Source: Camelus ferus
Lineage: Eukaryota
NCBI RefSeq assembly: GCF_009834535.1
Contig: NC_045696.1
Location: forward strand, 42,224,001 to 42,288,000
DNA length: 64,000 nucleotides
Reading direction: 5' to 3'
Under the pieces are notes generated by a model, which did not search any database, had not been told where the DNA came from, and saw only the letters and a program-made list of their open reading frames with translations. Position 1 is the stretch's first letter, and each line of letters begins with the position of its first letter. Shown piece by piece: positions 11,011 through 24,862 of this stretch. A program made the position numbers and the translations under genes.

Positions 11011-13277
11011 CTGGAGAGGATTTTAGGCAGTTGATGAATTTTACATATTTTAGAGCAGACTGAAGTCTAAAAAGTTGCATTTTTAAGGATCTCAGTGAAG
11101 TCACCACAAGGTTTCCAGACCATACTTGTAAACCTTGTACCCCAACGTTAAAACTTTACTAGACCTCTTTCTAATCCTCTTTTCCTTTCTACTTAAAACT
11201 TTATCTTAGAAACATTTACATTTGAGAAGGTAGAAAGATTTCCTAACACTGTGTAAAATTACTTCCTCTTTTTGATGAAAAGCATCCCCCCCTTTTTTTT
11301 TCTTAATAGAAGGGAACAACTTTGCTATGTAGTTTATTTTGGGTAAAATTTTTGCTAAGATTTTTAAATCCTTTCCATGCTATTACTTAAATTTTTTTTA
11401 ACTAGAAAGAAAAGAACGTATTAACAAGGAAGTTTTTGTTTCTAACTTGTTGGCCAATTCAAGCTCAGAATGTAGGGCTATCACAGTACCATGAGTTTTG
11501 TTTCCCTCTAAATTGCTCAAATAGACAGGGAATCCATAATTAGGAGTAAGACTGGAAGAAACGGTGTGCTTTGAGAAGAAATGGAATTTCATTTAAAAGA
11601 AAGACCATTAGGAGCTTAGAGATTATGGAGAATTTAGACGCTGTGAGGATGTAGTTCTGTAGTTGGTAGTATCCAGGCTGCAGTGAGACTTTTGCGAGAA
11701 CTTTCATGCAGATGCAGGTCAAGGGGATCTAATGATCTGAGAACCGAAATAGTCTTGGACTGTCACAATGAATCAAGTCAGGCTATTAATAATTATTGTT
11801 AGGCTATAGTCTTGAAAAGCTGAGCTAGTATGGTGAATTTCCCCTGGACATTATTTTTGTAAAGATGAGAAAGAGTGGGTAAATGTGAAAGAGTGTTTTA
11901 TTGTCCAATTATGGTAGTGGAGGAGAGGATGAGAAAAAGAAAAATGAAAGCAAGATCAGCGGATTTCTAGATGCAGTTGGTAGGAAACACAACTTCTGTT
12001 GTGATATCAGGAGAGGTGCTGTACGTGGCAAGCAGAGCATCAGTGGGAATTCCTGTTGGTGGATGAACCAGAGCAGCCGGGGCAGAGAGACAACCAACTT
12101 TTTATGCTGGTCACTGCCTGGCTTGTGAAGCCTGGTGGCATTACTCTCATTATCCCAACCAGGTGGCACAGAATTACTAGGGAGAGGAGGGATATTTGCG
12201 GCAAGGGATTGGAATAAGCAGCTCCCAGAATTGGCAGCATCATGGAATCTCCAGGGCCTGTGAGGTCCAACCAGCTGAAAACCATTTAGCCAAGAGATTC
12301 GCCTCACCCTGATGTTATACTGGCTCAAAACGGAAACAGGAAAAGAAGGAATTACATCACACCATTTCCCAGTGCTACTTGGAATTTCCCCAGAATTTCC
12401 ATTCCAATACCAAGCTATATTAATTAAAATAGGATTAAGTAAACAAAATACAGAAGATTTTGAGGTGGGAGAATGGTAAACTGCTTGATGGTATTTTATT
12501 TACCAGAATAGTCCAGTAAAAATCTTTATAGGATTTCTCTCTCTTTTTTAAATAAAAAAGAAAAGAAGTATTCTACAAATACAGTGTTTGCTTTCATAGA
12601 GTATAATCAGCTCTATTTCATATTAAACTCTTAAAAAATTTGATTGTATATAGTGAAATATGAATGTTTTCTAGAATTTACTAACATATGTGGTACTCTT
12701 TTGAACACTAGGGGTCTTATTGCTACATTTCACTTTCTGGAGGGGCAGATTTTATGGAAAACCTGATGTTTAGCCTCCTGTGTGTAGTCATAATTTTGGG
12801 TGTGATATTCTCCACCCATTCTCTAAATATTTATTGAGCACTTGGTAGGCACCATGGATTGTTAAATTTTGAGGCTGCCAAATTAACTGGCTTTGAAATC
12901 CTTTAAGAAGCTGTCAGATAAGGCTTGAGATCAGCTGCCCAGGCTTGAGATCAGCAGGCATATGGGGTCACTGAGAGCTCTCACATTCCAAGTTATAAAA
13001 GCTGAAAAGCAATACAATTATTGAGGACAACTTCTATATTAGGCAGAAAACTTAGAGTTTTAAATTTTATTTAATTTATGTGTTTTATAATCATGGTGAC
13101 ATTCCAGATTAGAAACTTTTAATATATTAATTTTTCTGTGAATATATAATTCCTTTTCTACTGTGTTGTTAATTTAGCTATCCCTGGAATTTCACCTTTT
13201 AGCTGATCCCTTGAATTTTCTTTGCTTAACAGTACAATATGCTACTGATGACTGCTGCTGGAAAAATCCTTCTAGAG

Positions 13278-13599
13278 CAGTGCTGTCCCATAGAAACGTG
13301 ATATGAATCACAGATGTAATTAAAATCTTTTAGTAGCCATCTTAAAAGAATACAAAGAAACAGGTGAAATTAATTTAAACAATGCATTTTATTGAACCCA
13401 CCATATCCCAAATATTATTATTTCAACATGTAATAATAAAAAATATATTCATGGAATGTTTTACATTCCCATGTTTCTGGTCCCAAGCTGTTTAAATCTG
13501 GCATGTATTTTCACACTAACAGCACATCTCTGTTTGGACTAGTTGCATTTTAGGTGCTCAATAGCCACATGTCAGTAGCTTCCATATAGGACATTGCAG
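13278..13599. mobile_element. MER33 (hAT-Charlie) non-autonomous DNA transposon
   Basis: Begins cagtgctgtcccatagaa, contains gaaacaggtgaaattaattt, ends ggacattgcag; ~320 bp. Confidence 0.8.
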
Positions 13600-14184
13600 A
13601 TCTAAGAACATCTTTTCTACCCTTCCTGTTCCTGATGAAAAAATGTTGATAAATTGTCAAGCATTGTAATTCCCCCATCAACAATCTCCAACCACCCATT
13701 AGCCTCATTTGTCTTCAGATCTTGTTCCTAGTAAAGTGAATCTGCTTGCTCTATCACTAAAATGACTTTCTCTTTTCTGTTTTTTACCCCTTTTGACCAA
13801 CCCCTCACCTGCCAACCCATCAACCTTACCTGGTTTAAGATCTCAACCCACTTCCGCCCTCAGGAAGCTTTTACCAGATCTTGTTCTCTACTTTCCTTTG
13901 TACCCAGGTTGATGATCATGTTACCGATAGTCGATAGTTGATACCTGCATGTGTCTACAGTACCTACTTCGTATCATTTAATGTGTGTGGACATTCATCT
14001 CCTCAACTAGAAACTTTTGATTCTTTTATAGCCTCTCTTCACAATAGATCAAAATGCATGTTCACTAATTGGCTGACCAAGATTTAGTATGCTAAATTTT
14101 ATAGAGGCTTAGATAAATTAAACTACTGAACCATATTTCTTATTCTGTGTAATTTCACAGGTTAGTTCATTTGTTTATCTACAA

Positions 14185-15458
14185 TTTTTTTGTATATTTA
14201 TGTATTTTTTTAATTGAAGTATAGTCAGCTTACAATGTTATGCCAATTTCTGTGTACAGCATAATGCTTCAGTCATACATGAACATACATATATTCATTT
14301 TAATATTCTTTTTCACTGTAGGTTACTACAAGATACCACATGTAGTTTCATGTACTATACAGTATGAACTTGTTGTTTATCTATTTTATATGTAGTAGTT
14401 AGTATCTGCAAGTCTCAAACTCCCAATTTATTCCTTCCCACCCCCTTCCCCCACTGGTAACCATAAGTTTGTTTTCGATGTCTGTGAATCTTTTTCTGTT
14501 TTGTAAGCAAGGTCATTTGTGTCATTTTTTTAGATTCTACATGTAAGTGATATATGGTATTTGTCTTTCTCTTTCTGGCTTACTTCACTTAGAATGACAG
14601 TCTCAAGGTCCATCCATGTTGCTGCAAATGGCATTATTCTTTTTTATGGCCCAGTAGTATTCCATTTTATAAATTATACCACAACTTCTTTATCCAGTCA
14701 TCTGTCAATGGACATTTTGGTTGTTTCCATGTCTTGGCTATTGTAAATAGTGCTGCTATGAACATTGGGGTGCATGTATCTTTCTGAATTAAGGTTCCTT
14801 CAGGATATGTGCCTAGGAGTGGGATTGCTGGATCATATGGTAATGTTATTTTTAGTTTTTTGAGGAATCTCCATACTGTTTTTCATTTCTGCACCAAACT
14901 ACATTCCCACCAACAGTGTAGGAGGGTTCCCCTTTCTCCACAGCCTCTCCAGCATTTATTGTTTGCGAACTTTTTAATGATGGCCATTTTGACTGGTGCA
15001 AGGTGATACCTCATTGTAGTTTTGATTTGCATTTCTCTAATAATTTGCAATATTGAGCATTTTTTTCATGTGCCTATTGGCCATTTGTATATCTTCACTG
15101 GAGAATTGCTTGTTTAGGTCTTCTGCCCATTTTTGGATTGGGTTTTTTGTTTTTTTTATTTTTAAGTTGTATGAGCTGTTTATATATTTTATTATTAAGT
15201 TGTATGAGCTGTTTATATATTCTGTAAATTAAGCCCTTGTCAGTTTCATCTTTTGCAAATATATTCTCCCATTCTGTAGGTTGTCTTTTTCTTATGGTTT
15301 GCTTTGCTGTGCAAAGCTTATAAGTTTAATTAGGTCCCATTTGTTAATTTTTGCTTTTATTTCTATTGCCAGGGTAGACTGCCCGAGGAGTACATTGCTA
15401 AGATTTATGTCTGATAATGTTTTGCCTATGTTTTCTTTTAAGAGGTTTATTGTGTCTT
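14185..15458 (-). mobile_element. Young lineage-specific L1, 5'-truncated (~1.27 kb)
   Basis: T-rich tail plus aattgaagtatagtcagcttacaatg 3' end, followed by the ORF2 C-terminal region; it splits an L2 tail. Confidence 0.9.
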
Positions 15459-16544
15459 ACCTACTAAATATTAATTGAGCACTTATGAGTCAAAGACCAT
15501 GCTAGGCAGTGGCAATACAGCATTCCCAGTACATCATGTACGTGAATTAATGTCAACACAAAGTCTTCTGTGAGATTGAAATTTATATTACTGTTCTTAT
15601 ATCCATATCCCCTAATTTTTAGAATTATAGAACTGGAAAGGACAATAGACACCATATAGTGTTCGTACTCTGAATTTTGCAAAAGTGGAAACTGAAGTTC
15701 ATGGGGGTTATGTCATTTAACTAGATTGTGAAGCTTATTTGTGGGAGATCTGGGACTACAGCTCAGGTCTTAATTAATTTTTGTCCAGTACATTATGTTT
15801 CCTCAATATCATGATCACTGGAAAAAAGCACACGCATTTACAAATCTTGTGTAACAAACCTAAATTTTATAGCAAAAAACACAACTAACACTGTTGCATG
15901 CTGGAACCAATTTTCCACTTGAAAATTTTCTTTTGTCATAAATATTTTTCCTTCTCTTTACTGTGGCCGATTTTCAAAAGTGTTGCAGCTATCATAAGCA
16001 AGTCTTAATTTGTGGATTAGACGCAGTCAGAAGGAAAACAATATGTTCCTGAAAATTGATTACAGATTTCATTTTTCCATAACTTTCTGCTTGAAGGATT
16101 CTGGCTCATTAGTCAGTAAAAAGAAGTGTGCCTGTCACATGAAGATCTGCAAGGAATTTGATTAATGCTACTTCCAAAAGTAAATTTTAGGTTAACCTAG
16201 AGCTATACCTCAGATCAGAAAAATCCAGTTTCACATTATTGATTTTCACTTGTTAAAGTGACAGAGTAAGCAGAGTTTATAATGTTTATGGATGAAAGTG
16301 GTATATAGAATATTCTTTAATTAATATCTTAGTCTGTATATACAACAATGACATTTTATTAAACAGAAAATATATTTAATTTTTCTCTGCTTTGAGTATT
16401 TTTTAAGAGTGTTTTCCTTAATTAGGGTGCTATTTTAAAAGGTATCATTGTGGTAGAATACTATCTTCACAAAATATGTTTATTAAATTACTTCAGATCA
16501 TTTTTAAGGGATAATCTTTTTTTTTTTAATCTGAATAATTTCAG

Positions 16545-16680
16545 GTGCTTATTCCAGGTTCTCACCCTAGACCTAGTGGATTTGCATTTTTCTGTGGACT
16601 ACTAACAGCCAATGGATTTGCATTTTTAATAAATCTTTCAGATGATTTTTATGCACATGAAATTTTGGGAACCTCTGATT
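16545..16680. mobile_element. MER5-like DNA transposon fragment
   Basis: ttccaggttctcaccctagaccta...atttgcatttttaataa...gatgatttttatgcacatgaaattttgggaacctctg. Confidence 0.55.
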
Positions 16681-17996
16681 TGAACACAGAAAAGAATATA
16701 AGTTTAAAAATATTCCTATCTCTCAAGACACTGATGTTTCCCTTGTCTGCTGTTTTTCCATGTTTTGTTACTGGAAGTAAAATCACCTGCTACCTATTAA
16801 GTTGATTGGTATGACCAGGTATTCTGAAGATTCTAGCTGACTCATTTGCTTAAATGAGTTAAATGGGTGTATTTAATTAAGTTATTTGAATTTCAATCAA
16901 TGAAGCAATCAATAACTATTTTCAGAATAGCTACTCAAGCAAGGCTCTGCAGAAAAGAACTAAATGTGTTTCAGAGCTGAGCTTCCATAGTACTTTGTTA
17001 ATGACTCCATCATACATGATCCCATTGTATTTACCACGTTGCTGTGTTGCTGTGTCCGTCTCTCTGCCTCGATGTGAATTCCATGATGGTTAGGTACTAA
17101 ATCTTACTCATTTTTGTGACCCCAGATCCCAGGACCACGTTTGGTATGTAATAATCACCTACTACACATCTGTGTTTGGATTTTGAATGAACAGATATAC
17201 CACTGAGATATGTTTCAGGAAGTAGGATAGAATGATCAAGTGGTTGTATTTGAAAGCAAGGGTGTGTTGCGACACCACAGGTAACTTGAGAGAAGTGTTC
17301 AAGGAAGTATGGGTGGGTTTCAATTTATACTTATTTTCATTAATTGTAGTGAAAATTACCCAAACTTTATGTGATACATTTCCACATTACTGCATAAGCA
17401 TTTAATTTGTATTTATTTTTTATTGCTAGCTATGTTAAGCATTTCCTCCATTTATTTATTTGAAAAGTCTATTTCTTCTTGTATGAATTATCAACTTGTG
17501 TCTTGCCAATTTATCTATTGGAATATTGATGGATTTTTCTCACAGCTTTGCATGAACTTCTTATGTACTATAGATGGGAACCCTCTGCAAATAATATTTA
17601 TTGAAGATATTGGTATCTATTTTATTTTTAGGTTGTTTTATTATAAATACAAAGTTCATGTATTACTGTGTTTTCTCTTTATAACTTTGTCATAATCAAA
17701 GCATCAAACATTATTCTTCCAAAGAGCTGATATGCTTTTCTATTTTTCAGAATTTCAATGTTTAGATTAAAAATGTTTAATTATTGAATCTGATATGGTC
17801 TGCTTATGATATATTGGCTATTTTAGAGGTAAAAAGAATGAACTGATATAGTAATATAGTTTTTTAGCAAATGAATATGGAAGCTGGATGGAGTTGTGTG
17901 GGAGAAGGAGTTAACGTGTACAGAATGTGTGCTGTGTGCTCAGCAATTTACATACAGGCATGGGATCTGGTTAGGAGGCTTTTCTATTAACTCACT

Positions 17997-18111
17997 TTTT
18001 TTTTTTAAATTGAAGATTAGTCTGTTAACAATGTTGTGTCGATTTCTGTTGCTCAGCTTAATGTTTCAGTCATACACATACATACATACATTCGTTTTCA
18101 TGTTCTTTTTC
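17997..18111 (-). mobile_element. Young L1 3' end (~115 bp)
   Basis: Poly(T) plus aattgaagattagtc; TSD ttaactcact (17987-17996) / ttaacccact (18112-18121). Confidence 0.85.
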
Positions 18112-18787
18112 TTAACCCACTCTTGATATGACAAGAGCCTAAAGTACGGTGTTTGCGATCAGAGAAGGAAAAGAAGGGAGCAGTAAGACAGGCTCAGATA
18201 ACTCCTACATCTTCCCTTTTCTCTTTATGCTGCACGATGAGTGTCTAACAATATCAGATGGAGAACATTGAAGAATTCCTGGTAATTTTGGGTTTTACAA
18301 AGAAAAACATTATTTTCTGGTACAAATAGTTATATGAGTGATTCAGGTAAAAGATTTATTTGGGGGGACCAAATTGTGTGTCTTGAGAATTGTTTTAGCT
18401 GAAAAAGCTACTAATCATGAGATTATTGTCTGTGGAACCAGAGGAGCTATATTGGCATCTTATCTATTATGGATTTATGCGTTTTTTTATGGATTTAGTA
18501 TGATTTGGAAGAGATTTTAGGAAGTAAATGATGCACTTATGCCCTTTAGCTGTCATCTGTGGCTGGTTGCTCATCTGGATTCTATGACTTGTCCCAAAGG
18601 TACTTCTTGTGGTGTCAAAAGTAGGAGAATAGAGGACAACCCAAAACTTAACCTCACTTAAAACTAGTGAAACTAGTTAACCCAGTTACTTCTATCATTT
18701 GGGTGACAAAATTTTATAATGTTTGAGGAATATAAGGAAATAGTAAATATAATAATTACTAACATTTGAACAGGACCTTACTGTTTA

Positions 18788-18893
18788 TTTATTTATTTAT
18801 TTTTATTGAGGTATAGTCAGTTTACAGCGTTGTATCAATTTCTGGTGTACAGCACAATTCTTCAGTCATACACGAATATACGTATATTCAAGA
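18788..18893 (-). mobile_element. Young L1 3' end (~105 bp)
   Basis: (TTTA)n tail plus attgaggtatagtcagtttacag; TSD accttactgttta at 18775-18787 and 18894-18906. Confidence 0.9.
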
Positions 18894-19374
18894 ACCTTAC
18901 TGTTTACACACACTTTCATAATACATTATTTAATTTTCATAATAGCATGAGATAGAATTATCTTGAACCTAAAGCCTGCCTTTAGTTTCCATGCATTATA
19001 CAATGCTGGAACCAGCAGAAAAGAAGTCTTAGAGTTGTCCAGTAACCAACATCAGATGTAAAGGGTTGTGGTGCCAAAGAGATTCCTCACCTTAACTTAG
19101 GAAAGGAAAACACAAACACGTGGATAAACAAAAGGAGATGGGCAAAAATCAAAAGCATATCTAAGGAAGAAGTTCCTCATAGTGAAGACTGAGTGTCTGG
19201 AGGAAGTTTCAGCCTTTCTTCCCTAGTTTGAGTCTACTCTTCGGAATGATTTGTAAACGTTCAAGCCTGCTAGCTAGAAATTGATTAATTGACACCCCCA
19301 AAGCATGTGAGACATTTTTAAGTAGTGACCCTCCACTCTTTAAGGTTGTTGATAATGATAATGATGATGATGAT

Positions 19375-19610
19375 GATAAAAGTTACTGTTTACGGAGACT
19401 TACCATGGATCATGTACTATGCTGACAGATTTACATGAAATATGTCATCATCCTTACAACAATCTGATGAATACAAGCCCTATTTCCCCATTTATAAGTG
19501 AGGGGAAATGAAATGTAGAAGGTTGAATAACAGCTACTAAGTGGCTGAAATGTGATTGGATATCAGATGACCTGACTCCGACATTTGTGGATTGAACGAC
19601 TGTGCTCTAA
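19375..19610 (-). mobile_element. MIR SINE
   Basis: cttaccatggatcatgtactatgct...tccttacaacaatctgatg...ccccattt...cagctactaagtggc. Confidence 0.7.
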
Positions 19611-20307
19611 TATAGGATGAATGTTGGGGACACTGTGGCAGAGTTGCCTGAACAAAAATCTTGCAGTGACATATCCTAACCAGATGAGCTCAGGTAAATT
19701 TCACACAATAGTCACTGATTATTCTTGTGAGTGGCTTTCATTGAGCAGCCTGGAAAACCTCCTGGTAGGCAGGATGTAGGGCTGAGTTCACTTCTGCACT
19801 GGGCCACTGAGAAAATGCCTGGTGCCTTTGTGAGGCAGCCAACGTGGCCACAGGTGGGAAGAGGGGGCCCTCCCAGGGAGCCCATCCAGCTGTAGGTCTA
19901 TCATCATAACGTTTGGCTTTTCTCTATGACTGATGAGGCCTATTCTGTAGATGAGAAACCTGAAGTCCAGAGAGATTTGCCCAGTTTTATTAAATGTTTA
20001 TCCTTGTTGGAGAGCAGGAAGCAATGTTTTGGACTTGAAGAGGCTTTCATAAAGGTAAGTGGTGTGGAAGATAAAGTTCTCATGATCTCCTTTTTTGGAA
20101 AGCTGCTCTGGAAACTCAATATTAACTCCAGAACATTAATCAATCTAAATAATTCCCGTAGGGAGTAAAAAGCTTTCTATATTTGGTTCAGTTCTAAAAA
20201 TACTAGACTCTAGTAGCAGAGAAGAGATATTTCTCTGGTAAGAAAATAAAATTTGTTCTTTTTTTTTTTTCTCAGAATGGTAACTTCCTCGTTTCTTGTC
20301 TTTTCAG

Positions 20308-20395
20308 AGAATATGTGTTCTGTCAGCAGCTAAGAGCATAGATCTGGTTGCTGATCAAGACTCTGAAGTGAGGCCTGAGAAAACACAGAGCTGAG
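20308..20395 (+). other. Candidate 88-bp non-coding exon
   Basis: Strong acceptor cttcctcgtttcttgtcttttcag| and donor GAG|gtaaga; all three frames contain stops. Confidence 0.4.
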
Positions 20396-20629
20396 GTAAG
20401 AAGTTCCAGGAAACACTGTAAATCCTGTCACGATGTTCTGTGGTATTTCACATGCTTAGAAAAAGGTGAACTTGAGGTGAATATTGAAGAAGGTAAAGTT
20501 CTCAGTTTAGCCTGAGAAACAGAAAACTGAAAAACAAAATGTGAATTTTTATTTTTAGTGTAATATAAGGATTGCCTTTTGCTTTTATTAAAAAGAGGAA
20601 ACATTAGTTCATTTGAGTTTGGGACACTC

Positions 20630-21330
20630 TTTGGACAAACTCTAAATCTTTTATCATGATCCTTAAGGCTTTTCGTCTTTTGGCTTCACTGACCACATCA
20701 CCTACTGTTCTCTCCTCACTCATGGTGCACTGGTCACACTGGCCTTCATTTATTTCCTTGCACACTTGTTTTGGCCTAAGAACCTTTTGCAGTTGCTGTT
20801 CCCTCTGCCTGAAATGCCTTTCCTGTAGCTTTTACTTGGTGGGTTCACTCTCATCATTCAGATCTCAGATCAAGTATCATCTCTTTAGAAGGCCTTTGCA
20901 AGACCACCCTAATCAGCCCTTGCGTCCCCTGCTGCCCACCATCTTGTGTGCTCTTCCATGGTTCTTCTCCCCTTTGGGACACTTGGGAAGATAACACTTT
21001 CCTTGCAGTCAGGCAAGCCTCTGGGACAAGTTTTGGGCAATAGGACATAGATAAAAGCGATGTGATGGTGGATTCTCATCAGCCTTGGCATTACCCAGGT
21101 ATCATGCGTAAGAAAAACTCTAACTTTGTTGTCTTATGACACTGAGATTTTGGGGGTTGTTTGTTATTGCAACATAACTACCCTTATCCTGTCTACAACA
21201 CCGTCCTTCTGTTTTATTTTCTTCAGAGCACCTGTCCCTCTTTGAAGTGATCTCATTTATTTATTATTAATGTGTCCCCTACTTCCAAACATTGCCAGGT
21301 GCATTAGCTGTACACAGTGTACTAAAGGAT
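20630..21330 (-). mobile_element. L2 fragment interrupted by an MLT1-like LTR piece (~20970-21200)
   Basis: L2-type tgctgttccctctgcctgaaatgcc...tcattcagatctcag; MLT1-type end ttgtttgttattgcaacataac...cctgtctacaaca. Confidence 0.7.
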
Positions 21331-22367
21331 TAACTTCCCATATAGTCTGTGGATTCCTAGCAAGCTCAAACAATCTTAACCAGGTCTTTGAGAACAGCCC
21401 TTAAGCCCTGTGCTGACTGCTTTGGCATGAGTCTGGTAAATAAGGAGGTGCCTCTGAATAGCACTTGATGAATTAGGCTGGGTGCTCACTACCTCAGTGC
21501 TCTCCCTGCACCAGCTCATTTCTCCTGAAGCGGACTTAAATTATTCCAAATTTAAGAACCAGGCAGAATGGTGTTGTTTCCCATCCCTAATGAGGATCTC
21601 CTCCAAATATTTACACAAGGAAAGAAGAGAATGTGTATTTCCAGAGCCTACACAGATTCTGCTCTCCCGTACCTCACCCTGTGTAGGTCAGGGGAACATG
21701 GTGGTCACAGCCATTGCAGCTCACCAGCCCTGCCTTGGATGTGTCAATTCAGTGTACAACACTTTTAAGGAATGTCCTCCTGTAATAAATGAAGGGGTTG
21801 CACTGCATCCATAGTTTCCAAACTGTGATCCCCGAGGTGCTGTAGGAGAAACAGGAAGGAGATGATTGTGAGTTGATGTTTGTCTGTTCTCCCCTCCTTT
21901 GCTTCCTTTTCAGCCAAAGCATCTCTTAAAAAAAAAAAGTTTATTTTTTTTATGTTGAGGAGTCTAAATAGCTATTCATTTCAAAATGGATTTTCTGATT
22001 TTAAACAAGTTTTAAAAAATCAGATTTGATATTTTCTAAAGACCCTTCTGCTTCCAAAGTTCTAAAAATCTAGGAGCCTATTATGTTCAAGTCACTGTGC
22101 TGGGCACAGTTCACAGTGTGATGAAAATGAAGAAGACGTTACCTCTGTCCTCCTGATTTAGCAGAAGAAAGAGACTCTTGCATGAATAATGTCAGGAAAT
22201 GAATAAAGTTGGAAAAAGGCAGAAGGAGAGGAGAGTACCAGGTGTGGACTGCCTGTGGAAGTCACCACCGCGTGCAAGCCCTGCCGTTATGGCCCCTCTC
22301 AGCTGCCGTCCCAAGCAGCATGCTTGATGGTGGGGTGATTTCTCCAAGACTTGACACAGCAGCTTTT

Positions 22368-22679
22368 TATTTATTTATGTATTTTTAAATATCTTTTTCC
22401 TTTTTTCTCTCTTTCTTCTTTTTAAATTGAAGCATAGTCAGTTTACAATGTTGTGTCAATTTCTGGTGTACAACATAATGTTTCAGTCATACATACATTT
22501 TCATATTCTTTTTCACTATAGGTTACTACAAGATGTTGAATATAGTTCCCTGTGCTATACAGAAGAAACTTGCTGTTTATCTGTTTTATGTGTAATAGTT
22601 AGTATCTGCAAATCTTGAGCTCCCAATTTATCCCTTCCCACTCCTTCCCCCTCTGGTAACCATGAGTTTGTTTTCTGTG
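22368..22679 (-). mobile_element. Young L1 3' UTR (~310 bp)
   Basis: aattgaagcatagtcagtttacaatg; TSD ttgacacagcagctttt (22351-22367) / ttgacacaggggctttt (22680-22696). Confidence 0.9.
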
Positions 22680-23169
22680 TTGACACAGGGGCTTTTATTG
22701 CTTCTTAATTGACTTTTGTACCTCAGCTCCCTAGTACTCAGCTTCTTGCTTTGTTTTTTGCTTATTCATCCCTGAGACTTTTGTCTGATATATTCCATGT
22801 CTTTAGCAATTTTCTTTCTTATTAAAAATGGTGGTCACATAGGTCTTGGCAATTTCAATTAGAATTCAAACACTTTTATACAAACACAAAATTTACTCCA
22901 ATGTCAAGAGCTTCAGGAATAAGAAATATTGACCAATAAGAAATATCAAGTTTGTGTCCCTGGCCACCCTACTACCTTTGATGATTCAGATACAAGAGTG
23001 TTACTGTGTCTCATTTCAGCAGAGTCCTCTGATTCTCCTTGGTTCCAACACAGGGTCTACCACTAGCTGTCTTTGGATTTTGGGTTGTTATTTCACTTCA
23101 CTTGGCTTCAGTTTCTTCTGTGTACAAAGAGGGTAGATTGTATTAACTTACTGTATTTTAATCTTTCTC

Positions 23170-24020
23170 TTCTTTTTGGTCATGCATTCATTTATTTAAA
23201 TTTCTAATTTTAAAAATAGGAAATCTATTCATATGCCTTAAAATCCAAATGCTACAAACATACATAGAGTAAACCTTCTCACTCCTGTCTTCCATCTGCT
23301 CAGTTCCCACGCCCACCCTTCCCCACCGGTAACTATTTTTAATTACTTTTTGTTAGTTTTTTGGGTCTTCTTCCAGAAAATGTCCCTGCAAACATAGTCA
23401 CATACAAATATCTTGCCTTATTAATATAGTTGAGGAGTGTACTGTGTACATTTTCTTTTCTCTAGATAGAATGTACCTTCATTCTTTTGTCCAGCTGGTG
23501 AGCATTCTGTTTTATCGGTACAGTTTATTTAACTAGCTTCCTAATAATAGCTATATGAGTTGCTATTATAACTATGTTGTAATAAATATCCTTGTGCATA
23601 TGTCATCTCTAATGTATGTAAATATGTCTAAGAAGAAATTCCTAGAAGTGGAATTGCTAGGTGAAAGGGTGTATACCCTTTGTAAATTTCTAAGTTGATA
23701 CCTGTAGTCAAATAGCCCTCCACAGGCATTGCACTACGTGACTCTCCCACTAGTAACATATGAAAGTGTCTGTTTCAGACACTCAGAATGTGCTGCCCAA
23801 CTCTTGGATTTGTGCCAGTCTAGTAGGTTAGATATGGTATCTCAGTGCAGTTGTGATTTGTATTTTTTTTAACATTTTTTATTGATTTATAATCATTTTA
23901 CAATGTTGTGTCAAATTCCATTGTTCAGCACTGTGATTTGTATTTTTCTTTCTTATGATTCAAGTTAATCATCTTTTAAAGGTTTAAGAACTGTTTATAT
24001 TTTAAAATTCTGTTCCTTAT
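23170..24020 (-). mobile_element. Old L1ME-type fragment
   Basis: Diverged aaattcctagaagtggaattgctagg...gatatggtatctcagtgcag (ORF2 end and 3' UTR, reverse strand). Confidence 0.7.
23868..23931 (-). mobile_element. Very young 64-bp L1 3' end
   Basis: Perfect 16-bp TSD tgtgatttgtattttt (23852-23867 and 23932-23947); nearly identical to the end of the copy at 51384-51647. Confidence 0.9.
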
Positions 24021-24862
24021 CCTGAGATTTCTCATGGCCTGATGGCAAAAACAACACTCCTCTGGTCTACCCACAGCTTCATCAAGCCATGTCTCCAAGT
24101 GATGGATGCCCACAGCACTCTGTCCAGCCTTTGCATTGATTTTACACTTGGAAACACTCTTGGTCTATCCTTCATCTTCCCTGTTCATCTCTTTTTAATT
24201 CAACGCTGTACATTTCTTTGGCCTTTGTATGGAATTGCTTTTCAAGAGTAACTCTTCCAGCCAAAACAGTTGCTGAGACACTCACTAGGACTGCCTCATT
24301 GCTACACAATTCCTTACCGCCTCATTAACCATAAAACACAGAAAACAAAAACAAAAAGCAAGAAAAGCAGACAAAACAACTATGACCATTCCCTTTTTGT
24401 AGTAAAATCCAAGAAGATTGGATATTCTTTCACTGAGGAGAGAGTAACCAGTATCATCAGTGAGTGGAATTTTCCCGTGGCTTTTGGTTTGATAAGATTG
24501 TTTGCACTTAGATCCTGTGTAAAGACATATTTGCATCGGGATGCAAATTCATCATAGGGATGTAGAGGGACTTGGCAAAGAAGACTGGTATGTGAGAGTC
24601 CTTGGCAAATAACAAATGTGTGCAGAAAGGGATTGTGAGTCTTGATGGCATCTGACTGCTACATTCAGCTGTAGATCCTTCTATCAACTCTGAAGTGTCT
24701 GTGTTATTTGGTATTGGACATGACACAATATCCATATCCTCTGGCAAAGGGCTTTCAAAGACAAACAAAACACTTTAACTTTCCTGTATAGTAAACACCC
24801 ATTTGCACTATCTAGATAGTTAATAGCATAATGCAGAAAATTTTGACAGGGTAGGTATGATC

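Noticed and set aside
16578..16628. Two ATTTGCAT octamer motifs
   Set aside because: They come from a small duplication inside a MER5-like element, with no other support.
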